DNA of 64,000 nucleotides from the human T2T-CHM13v2.0 reference genome, Homo sapiens. The first letter of the stretch is position 1; each line of letters starts with the position of its first letter. Positions 49,433 through 64,000 of the stretch are shown here, piece by piece. Made by a program: the position numbers and the translations under genes. The DNA lies in assembly GCF_009914755.1 (NCBI RefSeq), contig NC_060942.1. One strand, 5' to 3'. The notes beneath the pieces are model-generated. The model had not been told where the DNA came from and made no database searches. It worked only from the letters and a program-made list of their open reading frames with translations.

Positions 49433-51558
49433 ATGGTTTTATACAAATAGCTAATTTGCATAACTCAAGACTAACAACTAAACTGCCTATAAATCCAAAA
49501 CTGGGAAATAGAGTACATAACAGTTCATTGTGTTAAAGACATACAGCCTTAAGAACAACCAGAAACTATTATCTTAGAAATTATGTATCACTGACAAAGT
49601 GAAAATGGAACTTGAATGACAAATTTTTAGTTTCAAAGTTATACCTTAAATCTATTCCCTTGAAAGTTCTTTGCCTATCATATCTACAATGATTCAGATT
49701 AGGAGTGAGAAACACTTCCTTCCAACATGAAAATATTTTAAATCTAATGAATTTCTCAATGACTCTCGAAACATTAAGAAATATAAGATTGATTATAACT
49801 TTATGTAGCTAATAATACCCAGGAGTATTACTACTATAATAACCTAGCAATGTTTCTCAAAGTGTAGTCCATGACCATCTGACTCACCTGGAGGAATGCC
49901 TATTAAAAATGCAGATCGATAACTCCATTCCAAACGTATCACATTAGAATCTCTGGTTGGTAGATCCTAGGAGAGCAGCAAGAAAAGATTCTTCTGCCTA
50001 TAACAGAGAATGAGCAAGTGAGTGAATCTTTTCAAATCTAACCCATTAACATTATCAGAAAAATAACCTCAAATGCACATGTTCAACCAATCTTGGGTCA
50101 TTAACATTCTTACAAATGACTAATACAATTAATCTGCCTGTCCCATCCATGCATGCAAATTTTTAAAAGTTGAAACTTCCATTAATAATTCAAAAATAGT
50201 GAAACAGAAATCTCAAGTTTCCCCTTTTACTCTAGGTTCTCCATGAGAGTAAGAGCCTGAGACCTCTGGCTTATGTGCGAGTTCTTTATTTGGGAAAGCA
50301 CCCAGAAACAGGAGTAAGGGATTAGTGAAAGGAAGGAAGGAAGGCCAATACAAAAGTTCATCCTTGAGTTCATCCACCACTATGAGCAAACAGAGCTCAA
50401 GCCCAGTATCTTCTTAGGAGCCATCAAACTACCCCAGAATAGCCTGTCAGAAGACACAAGAGAAGAGCACTTATCCACAACTTCTGACTTCCATCAGTTA
50501 AGAGTTGCCGCATGGGTTGCTAATTTCTTACACTTTCAAGTTGCATACTTGTTTCTATTGGCTTCAGAGAAGCTCCTAGGACAGAAAGTCAGGTGAGGGA
50601 CTGTAAAGTTTCACCTGCATGAATCTGGTTGCCACTGAAATACCTGGAGCAAGCAGGGCCCAAGACGTGTCCGATACATCATGTTATAGGACAAATGTGG
50701 TCAAACTGCTTTTCCTTTAGTTTTATAATTCTAATACAAAATACAATTAAAACAGATGTTCTGAGAAATGAGTACAGCAATTTCAAATGGAGAGGAAGGA
50801 ACTTTAGCCTATTTTTGTCTGATGTATTTGATCCATTCCCACAAAACCTGAGATGCACTGAAACTTGATCTTCTGTGAGAAAGGTATTTTCTAATAAACT
50901 TCAATTTATTTCCTGAATTTGCTTGCCAATTTTTAAAGGGCCAAACAGCAGCAAAATGGACAATTAGTATGTACGCTGTAAATACTTTTATGTCCAGCAT
51001 TGATCCAAAGACTTTATTGTTTAAGTTTTTACACTAGTAAAGTTATAGTAAAAACAGATTGACTACATTGGACCCTCAAGTAACACTTTTCATTACAGTG
51101 AAACACACAATTTTGAATAGTACAAGTTTGTCTTGGACTGTGTCCAAGAGGGTCTAGTTACAAGAAGTAATTCATTATAACCTATAATGTGATCCTGAGG
51201 CTTGGCTCTGAAAAACACATTATATGAAGGCTCTAGTCAAGCAGATTAAAAATTTTAAAACCGAACAGATAAACAGTACTTTAATTAAGTAAATACCATA
51301 CTTGTTTGTATAATATGTAAACTTAGTTCAGAGAAAGCGAAGGAGAAATAGGTGCAAAGAAAAAAGAAATCTGACCAAAAGCACATCATCTTTTTGTTTA
51401 ACTTGAATTTCTGTTAGAATAACTAAATGTGAGTTTAAAAAAAAATAACACTATCTCCTTAGAAGTTAGGTAAAGTAGCTAATGAACTGAATAAAGATGA
51501 AATAGGAAAACTGAAGAGTGCACAGCAAATACAAAAAAGTGGAGACACACACTGCTGA

Positions 51559-54300
<2,742 letters not shown>

Positions 54301-54863
54301 AAGCCTATCTATTTCAATTTTAGTATCCTAAATAGTCCACAAAAACAAACTGTCACCAAGAGTATGAACTGAATTAAAACACAATTTCACTGTACATTTT
54401 TAATCTTTCTGATTATAACTTACATAAAACTGAAAACATTTCTAGCTAAAACTCAGGATCTCCTTTAAGTACTGAACGTTGAACATAAAACATTTTTAAA
54501 TTTTTTATTTTACCTTTGGAAAAGTAACTATCAAAGCTTCCTTAAACTTAGATTAACATGGATTAGAAAAAACAAAAAGCCAATATTTTAAACAAAGTCT
54601 TTTTTCTCAAGCATAATTAGAATAAAGACCAAAAAAAGACAGTGTGTTTAAAGATATATCTGTAATCTGTGAAGCACATAATTACATTAAAGATCACAAC
54701 TATTTGCTGGCAGTGAATAAATCCATCAATTCACAGGTGAAAAAAATTAGTGTTTAAGATGCGATGATTTTTTCACATGGACAAAGCAATGAATATTAAA
54801 CATGTTTGCTTGTGTGAACCTATCAAAGAATTCTTTAATTAATAGAATCCAAATGTCACTGAC

Positions 54864-55011
54864 TTGTTCCGACGGTTAGCCCTTCATAATATTTTCCATT
54901 GCTGTAAATAAATATTACTCCCACAGCTTGTATCATGGTAGCATTATACATAGGTACAATGCAGTATAATACTTTAATAGACAAAATGGTAAAGATTTGT
55001 TTTTCGAGATT
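54864..55011 (-). pseudogene. Candidate 5' fossil exon (148 nt, stop-free in one frame)
   Basis: gtttattttattttcag acceptor and aa|gtcagt donor; ..VGVIFIYSNGKYYEGLTVGT vs recalled DNHD1 FGILHVHPVEGSETMTLGT. Confidence 0.5.
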
Positions 55012-55272
55012 CTGAAAATAAAATAAACTTTTTTACTCTACAGTCTTAGTGATCACTCTTAAATTATCTTATTTTTTCAGCAGTTAAGTTCTGAGATCCT
55101 TTTAAGTGCCAGGGTTAGAAAAAAGGCTTATGGGCTAACCAACTAACAAAATTCCTGGGCTTCATAAGCTTATATGAACAGATACGAAATATTGTCCAAA
55201 CAGCCACTGCATTATAAATAGATGACATGGAAGAAACAGGTGTCCCTTTCCATTCATAAGAAATCATTTTGT

Positions 55273-55575
<303 letters not shown>

Positions 55576-56614
55576 GAAACCATTTTGCAAATAACAGATC
55601 AACAACGTTCTTCATCACCCCATTATAATTTAAACCTGGGCAACTATGAATATACTGTTTAACCTTCTTTATCAAGTATAAAGAGATAGTTCCTAAATCG
55701 GGCAAATTATGTGCCAGTAAAACTTTGGCCATTACTGATGGGAAATGAAGCAGCTTGGTGAATGATGTTTAAAAACAAACAGAAAACTATTTCAACAGCT
55801 TAAAAAGGGAAACGAAGAAGGTATGAAGTCCAATGTAGCTAGAGTGAAGATCAAAATAAAGCTTCCTTATCTAAACTGGAAATTGGCCAGGCTACACGAG
55901 ACTAATCTTTCTAATTAAAAAGCAAGGTATACTCTTTAATGTCCATTATGAGCATTTAAATGAACACCTAGAATATTGTCAAAATAAAAACTGTGATGCT
56001 GACATCTTCCACCAATGTTAAATATATATTTTTATACAATTATAAAACTTCTCAATCTGGAATCTTGGCACCATCAACTCAAATCATAAACAAAACATTT
56101 TGGCACTTGAGGCAAGATCACTGATTGATGTATACTCCCACTCACAAACAACACTTACTAATTACTGTAAACAACTTTTAAAAAATTGAATCAAGTGTTC
56201 ATTCAAGTTAACACAAATGTTGCCAGTTAAGATACTTTTCTTTTGTCTTAAAATTTCTTTCCCTCACCTCTCAAACAGCCTTTGTTGTGTTCTTAAAATA
56301 GTTATGACTGCAGGTATAACAATTCACCCCAGTTTACCAGTATTGTGTGTTCATGTCAGAGATACTAGAGAGTTTTAGATAAATAATCATAAAGGATTTA
56401 ATCACTTACTTTTTAATTTTATGCCTGGAGACACAGGCACTTAATGCTGGGTGGGGGATGGGATGATGCAGGGAGCAGGACAGAGATGGGAAATGCCCAG
56501 CACAAATAGCAGAAATAAACGAAGAATTGGATACCCACGTCCCAGTTCCATCCTGCTTCTTTAAGTAAATCACACAACCTCATTTGTTCACTCATTGATT
56601 ATATTATATATGCT

Positions 56615-56917
56615 GGGCCTGCGCTGTACGATACAGTAGCCACTAGTCACATGCAGACTTGAGAACTTATAATGTGGCTAGTCTAAACTGAGATGTGCTG
56701 TAAAGGTAAAATATATAACAGATTTCAGAGACTTAGTATGAAGAAAAAGAATGTAAAAAGTCTCATTAATTTTTATATTGATTACATGTTTAAATAATAT
56801 TTTAGATAAACTGGGTTAAATAAAATATATTAAGTTAATTTCACCTGATTTTTACTTAAAATGTAATTTTTAGAAAATTTAATATTATATATGTGGCTCT
56901 GTGGGATAGTTCTGTGC
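56615..56917. mobile_element. MER33-type hAT transposon
   Basis: gcgctgtacgatacagtagccactagtcacatg...aatgtggctagtctaaactgagatgtgctgtaa. Confidence 0.8.
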
Positions 56918-56943
56918 TAAGACTCTAGTAAAAAGTAGGAAAG

Positions 56944-60170
<3,227 letters not shown>

Positions 60171-62472
60171 CCAAGACGTGGTTTTTTATCTCAAGAAATT
60201 TACAGTCCAGTGGGGAGACAGAATTAATTAAATAACTAAAACAATAAAAACTGTAAGATGGGGAGGTTACATGGTACTGTAGGAGGATCTAGTAGAAGAG
60301 ACTATTGAAATAAGATAAAAACATGATTAGTAGATAGCTGGGGCAAAGAGTGGGGGTAGGTTTGGTGGAGAACTCCAGGCAGAGACAATAGCACGCAATG
60401 GCCTAGGAGACATCAAAAGTCTAGTGAGACCAGAGGACAGAAAATGTCTGGAAATAAAGCCAAAGGGGTAGCAGAGGCAATTCAAAGGGGCTTCCTTCAC
60501 AGAGTAACTGGAAGCCACTGAAAGGGTTTAAGCAGCATAGTGACATTAACAGATTTACTTTTCAAGATCACAGTAGCTGCAGTATAGAGAAGTGGTCTCA
60601 AAGTAGACACAATTTAAGGTGGAGGAGGGAAGATGTATTTTTATTCTATTTTTTATCCTTTAAAAATGCTTTTAAAATGGATTATAATCATATTAGCTAA
60701 GAAATACTAATTATGGCTAGCTTTTGGGCACATAGTATATATCTGAATACTAAGCAGTTTACATATATTCATTTAATCTTAATACCCTGTGAGGTTGGTA
60801 CTATTATTATCCTCAATTTACAGGTAGGTAAAATGGGACAGCGAGCTTAAGCAGTCAGTCCAAAGTCACTCAGTAAGGAAGTATTAGAGCAGGATTTAAA
60901 CCCAGATGTCTGACTTCAGAGCCTGTAACTTCATTAGATCATGTACCATTTTTCAACAGTACATGTATGTAATTTAAAATTAAATATATATATGGAGAAT
61001 AGAAGTTCAAATTTTTTTCTGAACACCAGTGAAAACAAAGATTTAGGAGGGGTGGTTGGTAGCGTGGATGTGGAAAGGAGCCTAGCAGTAGACTAGGTAA
61101 GAAATAACAGTATCTTGGATTATGGAGGTAGTGATGGAGAGAAGGGGATGGATTTACATGTTTAGTAAGTAAAATTGGACTGCGTGATGGCTTGGATATG
61201 GAAGTTAGGGATGAATAAAGTGTCAAGGATGACTCTTTGGTTTCTGACTTGCATAAATGGATTAGAGAGTGAGACACAGGCAGAGGCCATAGGAACAGGT
61301 TGGGTCATTCTGCTCAGTTTTTCTTTGGACCACAGTAGAGACCACAGCACACTGCTCTTTCAATACTCTGTTAAATGACAAACTTATTACAGGTTATTTC
61401 TGTCATAAACATAAAAGCTTCACTCTGTCAATTATGTTTCCTATCTTGCGTTAAAAATTACATAGTCAAAATTTCATCCATTTTCTTTTAAAAATGTGGA
61501 GTTAAGTCTTATAAAATGGGGAAGTGAATGATAGTTGCTGTAACAGGCTAATAGAAGGTTTAGCACCCCTCTTCTGTATACTAACTTTTTAAGTTATATT
61601 TATTCATCCCTTAAGATGTGGGACAGGTGGAAAAATTACCTTTCCACTTTGTATTTATGATTTCTAAGTACTAAACTTTTAAAGCCTGTTAATATTATCC
61701 CTTCCCAGGTCTTAGAATAATTACACAAAAGTACTGGACTGGTTTAAAAGATATTTGATTCTAGTCTATTTTGTTCATTTGTAGAATTTCTAGTGGTCTA
61801 AAAACGATTCTTTTACAAATCAGGAGAAATAGGAATACCTACTATCGGTTTGAATCTCAAACGAACAGCCACAAGAAAAATGGACTTTTTAAAAAAAATT
61901 ATCTAACAGCATGTTGTCCCAATAAATAATGCTGAAGGAGATTCCTTCTCGTTTCAAATTTGCCAGAAACTTCCCGTTTAACCTCAGCAAAATACAGATC
62001 GTTTTGATCTATGGCGTTACCGCACAACCCTGTCAGGTCACATCACTAAACTGCAGATAACAGCGACAAGGCCGAAAACTATGTTAGACGGATCCGCGTC
62101 CATACCCCCCATCAGTTAATTTTAACTCTTCATTCGGTACAGGTCACTCTACACATGCTTCCCTGCAAAATGCTTAAGCTAGACACAGTGTACAGATAAC
62201 TTTCACAGAACCGCAAGGGCTTGATGCTCCCCCAACAGAACGGCTTGAGCTTTCCCCAGCGCAATTCAGAAATGCTGTGGCGGTCGCCAGACTCTTCGGG
62301 TAGCTCCCGGCAGCTCCGAGGTAGCGCTCCCCTCCCCAACCATCGCCCTCCGGGATGGGCCGCACCGAAGAGCCCGCTCCTCAGCTAGGGCACGAAGTGC
62401 GCCGCCGCGATGGGCAGCTGGAGGAAGGGGCGTGACGCAAGTGGAACTCCCGCGTGACGTCGCGCGGGCTCC

Positions 62473-62562
62473 CGGGCGGGGCGGGTCCGGCCGCCTCCGA
62501 GCCCGGCCGGCAGCCCCCGGCCTTAAAGCGCGGGCTGTCCGGAGGGGTCGGCTTTCCCACCG
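62473..62562 (+). ncRNA. MIR4741: microRNA hairpin mir-4741
   Basis: Matches recalled precursor; mature CGGGCTGTCCGGAGGGGTCGGCT at 62531-62553. Confidence 0.85.
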
Positions 62563-62688
62563 AGGATTTGGCACTCTGGTGAGGGAAAAGGGCGAAAGAG
62601 AAAAGCGAGCAGCCGTCCTTTCACAGCCTCAGAAAGTGCTCGCTTCCCTTCGGGGGCTTTCGCGAATCCCGAGGCAATCTCGGAGGCG
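62480..62688 (+). other. RBBP8: RBBP8 (CtIP) non-coding first exon; 5' end approximate
   Basis: Matches recalled RBBP8 5'UTR (..gcgaatcccgaggcaatctcggaggcg); strong donor cg|gtgagt at 62689. Confidence 0.85.
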
Positions 62689-62989
62689 GTGAGTAAAAGC
62701 AATCTCTTTACCCCACCCGGAGCTCTGGGTCGGAGCGACTGCTTCTGGTCTGGAGCTGCGTGCTTGGCGAAGGGCTCCCGGGGTAGGGGTGGCTCCCGGC
62801 TCTGGGGTTGTGTCTGATGAAATAGGCCGGGCCCGGGCTACACTCGGTGGTGGTGGACCGGCGGGAGGACGAGCGCTACCTCAGTACTACTTCTGGGTCT
62901 CCCGCGCGGGCTGAGGAAGCGCCTTTCGCCGCCAAGCCCGCCCCGCGCATGCGCCGACTGCGGCTCGCGCGCGCGCTTGGGAGGTTTTT

Positions 62990-63202
62990 TGGCCAGACCC
63001 GCACGCGGAACCGGCGCGGGCACCTGGGGAGAAATGGATGGAGAAGGGACCTGGCTGGAAAGCCTTTGCCCCGCTGCTCTGCTCCGCCCATAAGAGGACC
63101 CCTGAAATGTCCCGTGCAGTTTGTTCAAGTCCCCTGTGTGATGAAATGTGCCTCTCGCCTTACCCGTGTGAGAATACCTGTGGTGTGGCAGCGAGTATTT
63201 TG
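62990..63202 (+). other. RBBP8: RBBP8 alternative non-coding first exon; 5' end approximate
   Basis: Matches recalled alternative 5'UTR (..gtggcagcgagtattttg); donor tg|gtgagc at 63203. Confidence 0.75.
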
Positions 63203-63638
63203 GTGAGCACCTGCAGTGTAGTGGTTTATACTAAGGAATACACACAAATTACAGGCCTTTGAGCCCAGAATGCAACTTGGGAGGTAAGACGTGACGTTCT
63301 GAGAGATTGAAAAATGTACATTGTCGTCGTGCCTCGAATAACGGTTCATTGCAGAGAGAGATGCTAACAAAAAGTGCCGGGCATGCGGGTAGGTGGAAAG
63401 GGTTTTGCGAGCCAGAATTTGCAAGTTGAATGTTTTGTTTTTATGTTTTGTTTTTAAAGCACTGTACATCACTTACTTGAAGATAGATACGTAAAGGATG
63501 CTTATTTTACACTCTTTAAACGAATATGTTAATACTTTTTCGGTCATTGAAGTAATTAAACCTTCATTTTAAACTGTTGACTTAATAGAAATCGTTTATG
63601 TCTTCTTTTTTTTTCTTTTTGCTGCAGAGAGGTATTTT

Positions 63639-63887
63639 TTCTTTATTTTATTATTATTTTTTATACTTTAAGTTCTAGGGTACATATGCACGACGTGCAG
63701 GTTTGTTACATATGCATACATGTGCCATGTTGGTGTGCTGCACCCATTAACTCGTCATTTACTTTAGGTATATCTCCTAATCCTATCCCTCCCCCCACCC
63801 CACGGCAGGCCCCGGTGTGTGACGTTCCCCTTCCTGTGTCCAGGTGTTCTCATTGTTCAGTTCCCACCTATGATTGAGAACATGCGG
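63639..63887 (-). mobile_element. Short 5'-truncated L1PA 3' end in RBBP8 intron 1
   Basis: ttatactttaagttctagggtacat...; 18-bp TSD gctgcagagaggtatttt (63621-63638) / gctacagagaggtatttt (63888-63905). Confidence 0.95.
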
Positions 63888-64000
63888 GCTACAGAGAGGT
63901 ATTTTACAGTTATTGGTCTCATGACTTGATTTCCATCCCTGACATAGCCATGTCCCAGCTGTGTGACCTTGGACATTTACTGCCTTACGCCTCTTCCCCC

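Larger units (their letters stand above)
62200..63150. promoter_or_regulatory. RBBP8: CpG-island promoter of RBBP8 (likely bidirectional)
   Basis: Sharp rise in GC and CpG; CRE-like tgacgca (~62433) and tgacgtcg (~62455); GC boxes 62474-62485; TTTCGCG 62658-62664; NRF1-type palindrome GCGCATGCGC 62945-62954. Confidence 0.92.

Noticed and set aside
50700-51030. Possible additional fossil exon (ORF 50809-51000)
   Set aside because: Its position is compatible, but there is no convincing motif or splice-site pair; left unassigned.
62130-63262. Several GC-rich ORFs in the CpG island
   Set aside because: Expected from stop-codon scarcity in GC-rich DNA; RBBP8 coding sequence starts in a downstream exon outside this window.

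Overview
Primate (almost certainly human) genomic DNA, AT-rich and dominated by repeats. The right end is the CpG-island promoter and non-coding first exons of RBBP8 (CtIP, 18q11.2), with the MIR4741 hairpin. The window also holds a full-length but disabled L1PA4/5-type LINE-1 (14525-20651), a truncated L1PA7-like copy, a processed UBE2C pseudogene, a U13 snoRNA retrocopy, about 30 Alus, MaLR LTRs and DNA transposons. No intact protein-coding exon was found. The main observation concerns the non-repeat DNA between the transposons. Read on the minus strand from ~56 kb down to position 1, it is a chain of decayed segments, many flanked by splice sites. Their translations follow a DNHD1/DNAH6-type axonemal dynein heavy chain in the correct N-to-C order (tail, linker, AAA1, AAA2-3, AAA4, stalk, start of AAA5). 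This suggests a long-dead, intron-containing dynein heavy-chain gene lying head-to-head with RBBP8. The similarity was judged by eye against protein sequence recalled from memory and needs a frameshift-aware alignment to confirm. Repeat subfamily calls and many boundaries are approximate.
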